Positions 52,853 through 63,009 of a DNA stretch of 64,000 bases are shown here, one piece after another (positions within the stretch are counted from its first letter, which is position 1; the number at the start of each line of letters is the position of its first letter). The notes below the pieces were generated by a model. It was not told where the DNA came from. It worked only from the letters and a program-made list of their open reading frames with translations, and did no database searches. The DNA comes from an uncultured Gammaproteobacteria bacterium. GTDB lineage: Bacteria; Pseudomonadota; Gammaproteobacteria; JACCXJ01. The stretch is taken from assembly GCA_963764725.1 (NCBI GenBank), contig CAVXTM010000007.1, positions 1-64,000 of the forward strand, given 5' to 3'. The position numbers were made by a program, and so were the translations under genes.

Positions 52853-53213
52853 AATCTATTCATCCCCGAAAATGCGCTATTGACTTAGGAACGCCAGAGC
52901 TCAACCAATAGCACAAAATTTGAGCACTGACTCTCAATGCACTGATGAGTACCGTGTGCTTGGCACTCGGTACATCCAAAACTGTCGGCGTGTCTAACGG
53001 GTCCACGAGATACGCAGCGAAAATCGCTGAACGGGCGAGGTCGTTTGAAGTGTCAGAAAGCCGTAATCACTAAGCGGGCATCGTCGTTTCAAGGGGCATA
53101 CCTTCCGCTTCGCTCGATAGCCACCTTGAGAGCGTAGTATAGCGTTTTTTTTACCGTGGTAGATAGGGATCACTGATGCCTGAAAAGTGCGTGTTCCGGC
53201 GGATCACAACGTA

Positions 53214-53675
53214 TCAAGGGAGCCCTTGGGTTCTGCGCAACTCCTTGGCGATCACACGCGCGAGATTCTTGTTCCGCGCATCGCGTAGCGCAAGCTCCGC
53301 GCCCGTCCTGACCATGGCCATGGTCAGGCTGCCGGCCAGTAATAGCAGCAGCATCGCGATCCCCCAAGCGAGAAAATACGAGAGCCTCAAGGCGTCCGGG
53401 GCGCGCGACTCCCTCGCGGGCGCCTCGTCCGAGGCCGCCGTGTACGAGGCCAGCACCCGATCCAGATGCGATCCAGATTCAACCGCTTTCGCCAGGACCT
53501 CGATACGGTGGGGCATGCGGTAAAGATTCCACGCTTCGATGACCACCTTAAGTCCTATCCACAGACCCGCAATCACTAGCACGACACCCAATAGCCGCAC
53601 AAAGATGTCGATGTATTGAGTTGTCGCTGAGGCGAATCGTGACTCCTCGGGCAGCTCCTGCGGAGTGTATGACAT
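53214..53675 (-). CDS. Hypothetical two-TM membrane protein
   Basis: Two hydrophobic helices around a soluble loop. Confidence 0.65.
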   Translation of the reverse strand: MSYTPQELPEESRFASATTQYIDIFVRLLGVVLVIAGLWIGLKVVIEAWNLYRMPHRIEVLAKAVESGSHLDRVLASYTAASDEAPARESRAPDALRLSYFLAWGIAMLLLLLAGSLTMAMVRTGAELALRDARNKNLARVIAKELRRTQGLP

Positions 53676-53815
53676 CGCGAGTTTAGAGGGTCGGACTGGC
53701 CAGATTTTATCGGCTTCTACTCGCACGGCTGCGCTAGTATGTTATTCACGTTCGGTCTAACCGCCCGTATCGAGAAGGAGATCGTCGCAATGCGGCATGA
53801 TCTATCAAGATCTCA

Positions 53816-53890
53816 GCGCCGTCAATTGGGCATTCGGCGCGTCCCCGCAAAAGCCGGTACCCTCGGATAGCGAGATCACCGGCAACGGGG
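53816..53890 (+). promoter_or_regulatory. Two tandem stem-loops in the egtB leader
   Basis: GCGCCG/CGGCGC stem, then nested CCCCG/CGGGG, GCCGGT/ACCGGC and CTCG/CGAG stems. Confidence 0.35.
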
Positions 53891-53957
53891 TCACAAAGGG
53901 ATAAGGTTTAATTTGGCATTCCCCCCGGCCTGTGTTCCAATTGAAGGGAGGTCCAGC

Positions 53958-55265
53958 ATGGAGGTCGCAATGGTATCTATTGCCGGAACCCGGCGGATAG
54001 CGCCGGGGGATGCTGAGGAGCCGCTGGCGTTTGCGCCGCGCTACGTTGCAGTGCGGCGCGCAACCGAAGAGTTGTGCCGGCCGCTTGCGACGGAAGATTA
54101 CGGGCTGCAGGCCATGGCGGATGCAAGCCCACCGAAGTGGCATCTGGCGCATACCACCTGGTTTTTCGAAACCTTCCTGCTAAAACCGTTTCTGCACGCT
54201 TATTCGGTTTTCCATCCGCGGTTTGAATATCTCTTCAACTCCTACTATCAAACGATCGGCGCGCAGTTTCCACGCACAGAGCGCGGTTTGTTATCCCGCC
54301 CCACGGTGGCAGAGGTCTATCGCTATCGCGCCCATGTGGACGCGGCCATGGCAGCGTTGCTGACGGAAGCAAGTGCAGACGATTTCGCCGAGGTCGCACG
54401 CCGCACGACACTCGGCTGTCATCACGAACAACAGCATCAGGAGTTGTTGCTCACCGACATCAAGTACAACTTCTCACTCAATCCGCTGCGCCCGGCCTAT
54501 CGCGCTGATTTGCCCGAAGCCCATAAACCGGGGCCCGCGCCATTGATTTGGATCGATTACCAGGGCGGTGTGCACGAGGTCGGCCACGCCGGTGCGGACT
54601 TCGCCTTCGATAACGAGCTGCCGCGGCACAGCGTGTATCTCCGGCCTTATGCGCTCGCTGCGCGGCTCGTCACCTGCGGAGAATACCTCGAATTCATCGC
54701 AGCCGGCGGTTACCGCCGCCCCGATCTCTGGCTCGCCGATGGTTGGCGCACGGCATGCGAGCGCGGTTGGCAGGCGCCGCTTTACTGGGAGCAGATCGAC
54801 GGGCGCTGGTGGCAGTTCACGCTTGCGGGAATGCGGTCGGTGAACGAGAACGAGCCGCTTTGTCATGTAAGCTTTTACGAAGCCGATGCCTACGCACGCT
54901 TTCTCGGCAAGCGTTTGCCGAGCGAGCAAGAGTGGGAAGTCGCCACCGGCGGATTACCGATTGCAGGCAACTTGCGCGACAGCGGTTATCTGCACCCGGT
55001 GCCGGCCGCGCCGGGCGCGTTGCCGCTGCAACGCTTTGGCGATGCATGGGAGTGGACGCAAAGCGCATATGCGCCGTATCCCGGCTATCGGCCGCCCGCA
55101 GGTGCGCTCGGCGAATATAACGGCAAGTTTATGGTGAACCAGATAGTGTTGCGCGGCGGCTCCTGCGCAACACCCGCGGATCACCTGCGCGCCACCTATC
55201 GCAACTTCTTCTATCCCGCGGATCGCTGGCAGTTCTCCGGCATACGCTTAGCGGAGGACAGATGA
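53958..55265 (+). CDS. egtB: Ergothioneine biosynthesis sulfoxide synthase
   Basis: DASPPKWHLAHTTWFFE, FNSYY, HEQQHQEL, GEYNGKFM and RWQFSG motifs. Confidence 0.95.
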   Translation: MEVAMVSIAGTRRIAPGDAEEPLAFAPRYVAVRRATEELCRPLATEDYGLQAMADASPPKWHLAHTTWFFETFLLKPFLHAYSVFHPRFEYLFNSYYQTIGAQFPRTERGLLSRPTVAEVYRYRAHVDAAMAALLTEASADDFAEVARRTTLGCHHEQQHQELLLTDIKYNFSLNPLRPAYRADLPEAHKPGPAPLIWIDYQGGVHEVGHAGADFAFDNELPRHSVYLRPYALAARLVTCGEYLEFIAAGGYRRPDLWLADGWRTACERGWQAPLYWEQIDGRWWQFTLAGMRSVNENEPLCHVSFYEADAYARFLGKRLPSEQEWEVATGGLPIAGNLRDSGYLHPVPAAPGALPLQRFGDAWEWTQSAYAPYPGYRPPAGALGEYNGKFMVNQIVLRGGSCATPADHLRATYRNFFYPADRWQFSGIRLAEDR

Positions 55266-56227
55266 AAATACAACCGGTACTTATCCACGGCGAGGCGCCG
55301 GAGAGTTCCGATTTTCGGTACAACGTGTTGCGCGGTTTGAGCGCACAACCGAAACACATTCCACCGAAGTTTTTTTACGATCGCCGTGGCTCGGCGCTTT
55401 TCGAGGATATCTGCCGTTTACCGGAGTATTACCTGACGCGCATCGAAACGGCCATTCTAAGTCGCTGCGCCCGCGAAATCGCGAAGCTTACCGGTCCCGA
55501 CAGCGTGCTAATCGAGCTTGGCAGCGGCGCAAGCCGCAAGGTGCGTCTGCTGCTAGAAACGCTGCGGCCGTCGGTTTACCTTGCGGTGGACATCTCGCGG
55601 GAATTCCTGCTCGATTCCACGCGCCGGCTTGCACGCGATTATCCATGGCTCGAAGTGCATGCTGCCTGCGCCGATTTGTGCACGCCGTTTTCGGTTACGG
55701 GCCTGCCGCAAGTGGGACGACGGCTTGCGTTCTATCCGGGATCGAGTATTGGCAACTTCGATCCGGACGAGGCACGCGCTTTACTGAGCGGCCTATGCCC
55801 GCTGCTCGGCCGCGACGGCGCGCTGGTGATTGGCGTGGATTCGAAGAAAGACCCGTCGATTCTGCACGCCGCTTACAACGACAGTGCCGGTATTACCGCA
55901 ATGTTCAATCTCAATCTGCTAGTGCGTCTGCGGCGCGAGTTACTCGCCGACGTTGATAGTGCAGCATTTGCGCACGCTGCGTTCTACAACCAAGCAGCCG
56001 GCCGCATCGAGATGCATCTGGTGAGTCTCCAAGCGCAACGCATTCGCGTTGACGGGGTGTCTTTCACGTTTGCGGAAGGGGAAACCATTCACACCGAAAG
56101 CTCCTACAAATACACGCCCGCCGAGTTCCACGCGCTCGCCGACACCGCCGGTTACAAGGTTGAGCGCACCTGGACCGATCCGGACCAGATGTTCAGCGTG
56201 TACTACCTGCGCGTGGCGACCTATTGA
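55262..56227 (+). CDS. egtD: L-histidine N-alpha-trimethyltransferase
   Basis: PKFFYD.RGS.LFE.IC.LPEYY, ELGSG, GSSIGN, AYND, IEMHL and HTESSYKY motifs. Confidence 0.95.
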   Translation: MKIQPVLIHGEAPESSDFRYNVLRGLSAQPKHIPPKFFYDRRGSALFEDICRLPEYYLTRIETAILSRCAREIAKLTGPDSVLIELGSGASRKVRLLLETLRPSVYLAVDISREFLLDSTRRLARDYPWLEVHAACADLCTPFSVTGLPQVGRRLAFYPGSSIGNFDPDEARALLSGLCPLLGRDGALVIGVDSKKDPSILHAAYNDSAGITAMFNLNLLVRLRRELLADVDSAAFAHAAFYNQAAGRIEMHLVSLQAQRIRVDGVSFTFAEGETIHTESSYKYTPAEFHALADTAGYKVERTWTDPDQMFSVYYLRVATY

Positions 56228-56280
56228 CCACCCGTCTATTACAGGAGCAACAGGCGCGGGTGCTTGACATCATTCTCAAA

Positions 56281-56398
56281 TTTATTCCCGCGGTCTTGCC
56301 GCGGGATCCTTAGCCATGGGGTTTCCAAAGGGGAGAGGCGCAGCTCTCCCCTTTGGTCGCCCCACGGGGTTCATACCCCGTGGTGGCGAAATCAAATT
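56281..56398 (+). repeat. Three-hairpin intergenic repeat, copy B (best paired)
   Basis: Stems CCCGCGG/CCGCGGG, CCAAAGGGGAGAG/CTCTCCCCTTTGG and CCACGGGG/CCCCGTGG. Confidence 0.9.
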
Positions 56399-56419
56399 GA
56401 TTCTCCTTCGGCGGAGCGA

Positions 56420-57385
56420 TCATGGCCGGACGCGATCGAGCGCCTCGCGCCCGGCAAGCAACGCGGCGGCCAGTGAGAGCGGGACCAAGTGATAAACGGC
56501 GCGGTAGAGCAACAGCGCCGCCGTGAGAGATTCGGTCGAAATCAAGCTTTGAAAGCTCAGGAGCAAGATGCTCTCAAAGACGCCGAGCCCGCCCGGCACA
56601 TGGCTCACCATGCCCGCGAGCGTCGCGACCGAATAGACGGCGAGGAAGGCGATGAAGGGCACATCCGGTGCGTTCAATAGCACGTACAAGCACCCCCCGG
56701 CGAACACGATGTCCGCGAGGGTGAAGAACAACTGCGCCATCGCGATCCGCCCGCTCGGCAATCGAAACCGCCAACGGCCGATCGGCATCGGCGCGCGCCG
56801 GAAAAAGATCAGAACAGCCAAGGTCACGAACAGGGCTAATCCGGAGACGCCGAGGCCGTGCAATAGTCCAGGCGGAACCGGTAGAAAGCGGCCAATGAGA
56901 TCCGGGTGCAGGGTCAAAGCGGCCGCCCCCAGGACAAAGTTTCCGATCCCGTAGGCGACCATGCCAAAGAGGGTGACCTGGGCTACATCCAAGGTGCCGA
57001 GGCCGGCCGGGACATAGATACGGTAGCGCACCGAACCGCCCGAGACGATGTTGACGCCCACGGTATTGGCAATCGCGCAACCGCAGAAAGCCGCAAAGGC
57101 CACGGTGCGAAAGGCCACCGCCTGCCCGATGTAACGGAGCGCCGACCAGTCATAGCCGATGAGCACCGTGTAGCTCGCGGCCGTTAGTAAAAATGCGAGC
57201 CCCAATTGCCCGGGGGAAAGCTGCCGCACCTCGGCGAGCATGCGGTTGACATCCAGCTCTTGCAGAAGGTGATAGATTGCTGCGCTCGCGGCCAAAAACA
57301 GGGCGAGCGACAAGAGCGGCATGAGCACGCGCTGCCCGCGGTTCGGCGGCACCATCGCCCGCGCGATCTCATTGGCATCCGTCAT
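56420..57385 (-). CDS. Stand-alone MprF-type flippase domain (YbhN/UPF0104-like)
   Basis: GYD, GGSVRYRIY, HVPGGLGVFE and LLYRAVYHLVP motifs; no synthase domain. Confidence 0.85.
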   Translation of the reverse strand: MTDANEIARAMVPPNRGQRVLMPLLSLALFLAASAAIYHLLQELDVNRMLAEVRQLSPGQLGLAFLLTAASYTVLIGYDWSALRYIGQAVAFRTVAFAAFCGCAIANTVGVNIVSGGSVRYRIYVPAGLGTLDVAQVTLFGMVAYGIGNFVLGAAALTLHPDLIGRFLPVPPGLLHGLGVSGLALFVTLAVLIFFRRAPMPIGRWRFRLPSGRIAMAQLFFTLADIVFAGGCLYVLLNAPDVPFIAFLAVYSVATLAGMVSHVPGGLGVFESILLLSFQSLISTESLTAALLLYRAVYHLVPLSLAAALLAGREALDRVRP

Positions 57386-57546
57386 TGGGCGTCCATACTT
57401 ACTCTTTCGACTTTGATCTGAGACAATCGGGTTGATGCGGACATTATACATTTGTGGATCGATGAACTAGACGCGGATGGTGCATCAGGTCGCTGGGAAG
57501 TTGCCGCTCTGGTAGCCACGATACTAGTTCACCGCGGAGGCATGAC

Positions 57547-58996
57547 ATGGGCGAATCGAAATCAAGGCTGCGGCAGCTGTGGAAGACCTTCGAATGCGAG
57601 GAAGCCAAGATGGTGGTAGTGCCGTTCGGCCCCGACCGGATCCGGATCGCACCCCCGAGCGCGCCAGCCTGGGAAGCGCTTGCAGCGGTCTTGCGGCACC
57701 ATCACTACGACATCCGCACCACCGACGCCGACAGCTTCAACTGCCGCAATATCAAGGGTACTAACCAGAAGAGCCTCCACTCCTACGGCATTGCGCTCGA
57801 CATCAACTGCAACACCAACCCGTATCTGCGGACCCCCGACAAGCGGAAAGTGCGCTTCTCCAACCAGGCGACTCAGGCCGAGCGCGGCGAGGACGTGCGG
57901 CTCGGCACCGCTGACACCGACATGACGCCAGAGCTGATCGCCGACGCGCTCGCGATCAGGACCAAGGGTGGCCAGCAGGTCCTCGAATGGGGCGGCTCGT
58001 GGGAGTCGGTCAAGGACTCGATGCATTTCGAGATCGGCGTGTCGCCCGAGGAGCTCACCACCGGTATCGACACGGCGACCGTCGCCGGCTGGGATGAGCC
58101 TGAATCCGGCCAGACCCCGGGGATGTCGACGGTGCCGGTGCCGCCACCCGCGGCGGCGGGCAGTGGCGACCCGCATGTGGTCATCGCCCGAGACGGCCTG
58201 AAGCTCCGCGGGGGAACCGGCACCGAATTCCCGGCCATCCGCACCCTCCCGACCGACACGAAGGTAAATGTACTCGCCCGCGAGGGGCAATGGGCACTCG
58301 TGGATCTCCAGGGCGACGGCCGCGCCGACGGCTTCGTGCACCTCGGTTTCCTACGCCCCGTGACCACCGATGGTGCCGGGGTTGCGTTGCCGCGCGCCCA
58401 TGGCCGGCCGCCGCGATGTCCTCGGTCTCGTTACGGTCGATGAGGTCGCGCAGATGTTCCCCCCAGCAACAAAGCGATCGAAGATCGAGGCCAACCTCCC
58501 GTTCGTGCTCTCCGGGCTCCGCGCCCGTGTGATCACCGACCGGCCGATGGTCCTGATGGCGCTCGCTACCATCCGCGCCGAGACCGAGGGCTTCGTCCCG
58601 ATCAGCGAAGGTATCAGCCGCTTCAACACGCGGACCACGCCCTTCGACCTCTACGATGCCGGAACTGAAAAAGCTCGCGACCTCGGCAACACGCGGCCAG
58701 GCGACGGGCCTGCCTTCAAGGGGCGCGGCTACATCCAGCTCACGGGAAGGTTCAACTACACCCGTATCGGCCTACAGGTTTCCGCCGATCTCGTCGGAGA
58801 CCCCGAACTCGCCAACAATCCGGCGACTGCCGGCCTGATCCTCGCGCAGTTCCTCAAGAACAAGGAAACCGCGATCCGCGCCGCGCTGGCGAGTGACGAC
58901 CTCAGGCAGGCGCGTAAGCTCGTCAACGGTGGGAGCCACGGATTCGACCACTTCAAGGATACCTACGATCGAGGGTTGAGGGTGCTGCCGGCCTGA
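57547..58996 (+). CDS. Peptidoglycan hydrolase: M15 peptidase + SH3 + GH19 (two ORFs, probably one frameshifted gene)
   Basis: SLHSYGIALD...WGG.W...DSMHFE (M15); GLKLRGGTG...W..V....DGFVH (SH3b); IRAET, FKGRGYIQLTGRFNY and VNGG (GH19); frame change near 58390. Confidence 0.8.
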
Positions 58997-59029
58997 CGAA
59001 CTCGTAAGGCCGCCGCGTGAAAAACGCGG

Positions 59030-59464
59030 TTAGTGCTCCATCCTTTCCCAGTCCCTGACTTTGCCGGGGACGATGCGGAACAGGGGGTGCGGGCGGGGCC
59101 GCTCGAGCGCCCGATAGCTGCGGTACCGCTCGGGCGCGCGCTGGCGCAGCTTCGATTTGAGGTGGCGCCATTCGTAGAGGAGTTGGCCGCGCGTCTCCGC
59201 GAGCTTGCTGGCGGACGGTCGCCGCCCGATCTTGCTCGTGTCGAAGCAATAGCCGCGTTTCTTCGCCTCGCGGGCGATCCCGGCGAGGAACGCGGCGATC
59301 GCCGCGAGCGGCTCCGGATGCGACCGGAAACGCTCGATCTGCGGGTGATACCGGTAGCCGCGCGTTGCCCCCTGCAACACCTTCTGGGCGAGCAGAGCCT
59401 CGCGCCACGCCGCAACCAGGCCCTTTGCGTCGAGGTAGCAGGGATGGACCGTCCAGAGTCGCAT
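59030..59464 (-). CDS. Pyrimidine dimer DNA glycosylase / endonuclease V family protein
   Basis: MRLWTVHP.YLD.KGLVA.WRE.LLAQ...HPQ..RF...EA..RGY.FD and YEW.HL motifs. Confidence 0.85.
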   Translation of the reverse strand: MRLWTVHPCYLDAKGLVAAWREALLAQKVLQGATRGYRYHPQIERFRSHPEPLAAIAAFLAGIAREAKKRGYCFDTSKIGRRPSASKLAETRGQLLYEWRHLKSKLRQRAPERYRSYRALERPRPHPLFRIVPGKVRDWERMEH

Positions 59465-59577
59465 GGCGCAAGAACAATAATGAACCGTTGGCGGCTACAA
59501 TACCGCGACCTGACGAAACGGAATAGGCGTCTACGAAAGCGTGCGGTTCGACGCACCACCCTCATCGAGACCCTTGC

Positions 59578-60480
59578 ATGCGATTGCGATCCGTCTTGGC
59601 GGGCTCCGCCCTCGCCCTCGGCACCCTGCTTAGCAGCGGTTGCGCGCGCCTGATATTTGGAATCGCCAATAGCGGCTTGCCGCCGCCGGAAGCCACTGTG
59701 GCGTTCGCACCGGACCTGGGCCTGTCGCTGGACCTGTACCGGCCTCAGGGTCTTGGCGCACGCACCGCGCCGGTGGTGGTGTTCTTCTACGGTGGCGCCT
59801 GGCAACGCGGCGAGCGCGATCAATTCCGTTTCGTCGGCCGGCGACTGGCGCAACAGGGCATCCTCGCGATCGTCGCCGATTACCGCACCTACCCGCGGGC
59901 GATGTTTCCGGACTTTGTCGACGATGCCGCCCGCGCGGTGGCGTGGACCTATGCGCACGCACGCGATTTCGGTGGGGACCCGCGACGCCTGTTCCTGGCG
60001 GGGTATTCGGCAGGCGCGCAGATCGCCGCCCTGCTCGGCACGGACCAGCGCTACCTCCAACCGTACGGCCTGAAGCCGCGCCATCTGTCTGGTGTGATCG
60101 GCCTGGCGGGACCCTACGACTTCGCCATCACCGGACAGTACACCAAGGTGTTCGGTCCGCCCGCGCAATGGCCGCAGGCACAGGCGATCAACTTCATCGA
60201 CGGATCCGAACCCGGGTTTCTGTTGATTCACGGTGAGCACGACCGGGTGGTCGAGGCACGCGACAGCGTCGAACTGGCCCAAAAACTCCGGCAGCACGAT
60301 GTCGGCGCCGAGCTCGTCATCCTGCCCGGTGCCGGCCACGCCGCACCGCTGCTGGGCCTGTACGACCCTCAACGTTGGCCGCAAGTGCTACCGGCGATCC
60401 TGGATTTCGTGCGCGAAGGTGCGGACGCAACGGCTTCGGCTTCGCAGCCACGATCACCACAGCAGCCGCAACCATTGTGA
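59578..60480 (+). CDS. Alpha/beta hydrolase (esterase), exported or lipoprotein
   Basis: LDLY.P, FYGGAW, GYSAG, GPYDF, HGEHD and GH motifs; N-terminal signal ending LSSGC. Confidence 0.9.
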   Translation: MRLRSVLAGSALALGTLLSSGCARLIFGIANSGLPPPEATVAFAPDLGLSLDLYRPQGLGARTAPVVVFFYGGAWQRGERDQFRFVGRRLAQQGILAIVADYRTYPRAMFPDFVDDAARAVAWTYAHARDFGGDPRRLFLAGYSAGAQIAALLGTDQRYLQPYGLKPRHLSGVIGLAGPYDFAITGQYTKVFGPPAQWPQAQAINFIDGSEPGFLLIHGEHDRVVEARDSVELAQKLRQHDVGAELVILPGAGHAAPLLGLYDPQRWPQVLPAILDFVREGADATASASQPRSPQQPQPL

Positions 60481-60517
60481 CGTCCGCCAGCACCTTGAGC
60501 TTGACCGCACAGGGCTC

Positions 60518-60835
60518 CTAACCTCTCAAACCCTGCACGTAGGCGGCGGTAACAGGGTCGCGCGGCGCTTCGAACACCTGCTGCGTCTCGCCGAACTCAA
60601 TCAGCCGTCCCACACCGTCCGTAACCCAGAACACACCGCAGTGGTCGGCGATGCGCTGGGCCTGAGCGAGGTTATGGGTCACGATGACCACCGTGTAGCA
60701 GCCGCGGAACCCGGCGATGAGGTCTTCGACTACGCCGCTGGAGACGGGATCCAACGCCGAGCAAGGCTCGTCCATAAGCAGCACCTGCGGTTTGAGCGCG
60801 ATGGCGCGCGATGCACAAGCGCTGACGCTGCAACG
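60518..60835 (-). pseudogene. pstB: C-terminal remnant of phosphate ABC ATPase
   Basis: [27 protein letters not shown] and VIVTHNLAQAQRIAD...YVQG; Walker A half absent. Confidence 0.8.
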
Positions 60836-60879
60836 TCCCTCCTTGCGGGTAAACCGGCCCATATTCGGCGAAGGGTGGC

Positions 60880-61254
60880 TCATTCCAGCCTCTCCGTGCC
60901 AAGGTCCTCGCCCGAGCGCACGCGCGCCGCCAGGAAGTCCACCGGAAAGCTGATCCGGCAGCACCCCAAGTCAATGGCCTCGTGCCGGAGGGTCTTGAGC
61001 CGCAATTGCAAGCCGTGAGCTATCCGGTAGCAGACCCGCTGGCCCTTGCGGATGCCTTCGATCACACCGGCCTCGCGCAGAATCCGCAGATGGTGGGACA
61101 CGTGCGGCTGCTGCTTGCCGATCTCCTCGACCAGATCGCTTACGCACTTTTCGCGCACCAGCAGGGACTCCAGGATCCGCAGCCGCGTCTCGTCCGCCAG
61201 GGCCCGCAGGACATTGGCGCATTCCCGCTCGCTGATATCCGTTTTGAGCGCCAT
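60880..61254 (-). CDS. ArsR/SmtB-family repressor with C-terminal Cys-Cys
   Basis: RALADETRLRIL, CVSDL, QPHVSHHLRILREAG and LGCC motifs. Confidence 0.9.
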   Translation of the reverse strand: MALKTDISERECANVLRALADETRLRILESLLVREKCVSDLVEEIGKQQPHVSHHLRILREAGVIEGIRKGQRVCYRIAHGLQLRLKTLRHEAIDLGCCRISFPVDFLAARVRSGEDLGTERLE

Positions 61255-62441
61255 CAGCAGCAACTCCCACCGGGCCCGCAGGCGACCACTTCGCCCGCGA
61301 TGGGCTCGCCGGCCCGATTGATGACGGCGAAATGCGGGGTGTATGGCCCGGATTCCAGCACGTCCAGGGTTTTCGAGCAAATCTCCAGGGGCATGCCTCG
61401 CCGGTAGGTATGGTGGTCGTCGTCGTCCGCCTCTACGAACGGACCGGTGAAGATGGCGAAGTCGCCCTTCCAAACGCACGGCGCCGCCGCCGGGGGAATC
61501 GAGATCAGTCGCTCATCGGTGACGCTCAAGGAGACGGGCGTCTCGGACAGGAGGAGCAGCCGCTCGAACGGTGACGTCTTTAGCAATTGGGTCACACGCG
61601 CAGACACTGCCTGCGGCACCCCGCGGCGGTATGCATTCCCGAGCTCGTCTACCGCCCGGCTGAACGGCCCCAGCAGCGTGGCGTACCGCGCCCCGTGGAA
61701 CTCGCCGGTCTCGGATAGCTTGAAGCCGGCGAGCGTCAGGGAGAAGAAATGAATGCCGTCAATGAACCGCCATGGGGAGAACTTGATCTGGTGTACTCCC
61801 AGGAACCCGGCGTCCACCAGGCCTCCTAGATAATCGGCCGAATGCAGCGCGCCCGAGAGACAGTCGCCCCACTTCTGGGTGTCATGGACCAGGTAGTTCG
61901 GCACCCGCTGATCGGCCACGATATCCGAAATCGTGAAGCGCCCGCCCGGGCGGATCACGCGGTACATCTCGCGGAAGACCCTGGCCTTGTCCGGCGCCAG
62001 GTTGATCACGCAGTTCGAGATGACCAGGTCCACAGAGCCGTCCGCGGTCGGCAGGGCTTCGGCTTGCCCTTTTCGGAATTCGGTGTTAGGCGCTGCATAG
62101 CCGAGGTTGGCCGCCACGAGCGGCGCACTACGCCTGGCCAACGCCAGCATCTCATCGGTCATATCCACGCCGATCACCCGGCCGGAAGGTCCCACCAGCC
62201 GCGCGGCCTCGAAACAGTCAATGCCGCCGCCGGAGCCGATGTCCAGGACGGTCTCGCCCGGCCGCACCGTTGCCAGACCGGCCGGCGCGCCGCAGCCATA
62301 GGAAGCCCCGAGCACCTCCTTGGGCATGAATCGGCCTAGGTCCTCGAAGTTGTAGCTGGTCGGGCAGCACATCTGCTCCCCGGTCGCCAGCGCTCTGGCG
62401 TATCGCTCGCTCACCTGCCGTGTGATGGTCTCGTCCGCCAT
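61254..62441 (-). CDS. arsM: Arsenite methyltransferase-like protein with C-terminal extension
   Basis: CCP, SYGCG, LDIGSGGGID, GVDMT, ISNCVINL, WGDCLSGA and terminal CC. Confidence 0.8.
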   Translation of the reverse strand: MADETITRQVSERYARALATGEQMCCPTSYNFEDLGRFMPKEVLGASYGCGAPAGLATVRPGETVLDIGSGGGIDCFEAARLVGPSGRVIGVDMTDEMLALARRSAPLVAANLGYAAPNTEFRKGQAEALPTADGSVDLVISNCVINLAPDKARVFREMYRVIRPGGRFTISDIVADQRVPNYLVHDTQKWGDCLSGALHSADYLGGLVDAGFLGVHQIKFSPWRFIDGIHFFSLTLAGFKLSETGEFHGARYATLLGPFSRAVDELGNAYRRGVPQAVSARVTQLLKTSPFERLLLLSETPVSLSVTDERLISIPPAAAPCVWKGDFAIFTGPFVEADDDDHHTYRRGMPLEICSKTLDVLESGPYTPHFAVINRAGEPIAGEVVACGPGGSCC

Positions 62442-62471
62442 AGCACCTCGGCTCAAAAATCGGGTTATACG

Positions 62472-62493
62472 TATATCAAGATAACTACATATA
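62472..62493. promoter_or_regulatory. Probable ArsR operator
   Basis: AT-rich imperfect palindrome TATATCAAG-ATAA-CTACATATA about 30 bp upstream of the arsM start. Confidence 0.5.
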
Positions 62494-62814
62494 TCAGCCG
62501 CAGCCTGGGTCGGTCAATACGGTGGGCCTCAATCCCAAGGCCACACCGTTTAGCCCACCGAGTCGGCGGGGATCAGGCGCGTCGAGCCGCCCTCGAGGGT
62601 GCGAGCGATGAGCGGGGGACTCGACGTTCCGCCTTGCGACGATCGTTACAACCGTAACCGAATCGGTTTCATTTGTAAGCAAATACTGCGGTTTTGAAAT
62701 CCTCCGGTAAGGCAGTCTCCCTACGCTAGCTCCAAGCATACGGCCATCGGACGCCGAGCAAGCGAGCCCGTTGCGAAGCATTCCATTGAAGTAAGCCGAC
62801 TGAGGAGAACCCAA

Positions 62815-63009
62815 ATGAACGCATTGACTTCAGAACCGACGAAAGAATTACTCAGGTTACTTAATAATCGCTATGGCGATGGGACCGTGTACCTGCCGAG
62901 CGGCGAATCGGCGGCGCTCTATTATTCATGCATTGAGCATGGTTATATCAGCGAGGACGGATTCATTACCCGGCAAGGCCGCGAACTGGCGACGCATTAC
63001 TTTTCCTGA
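62815..63009 (+). CDS. Small hypothetical protein
   Basis: GAGGAG ribosome-binding site; 64 aa ending in the winged-helix-like GYISEDGFITRQG. Confidence 0.6.
   Translation: MNALTSEPTKELLRLLNNRYGDGTVYLPSGESAALYYSCIEHGYISEDGFITRQGRELATHYFS

Noticed and set aside
52853-53170. Hairpin GTACCG...CGGTAC in the RRM gene leader
   Set aside because: A single stem with no further support; long leaders are ordinary for such genes
58963-60384. 473-aa minus-strand ORF
   Set aside because: Shadow frame over the esterase and the glycosylase in GC-rich DNA
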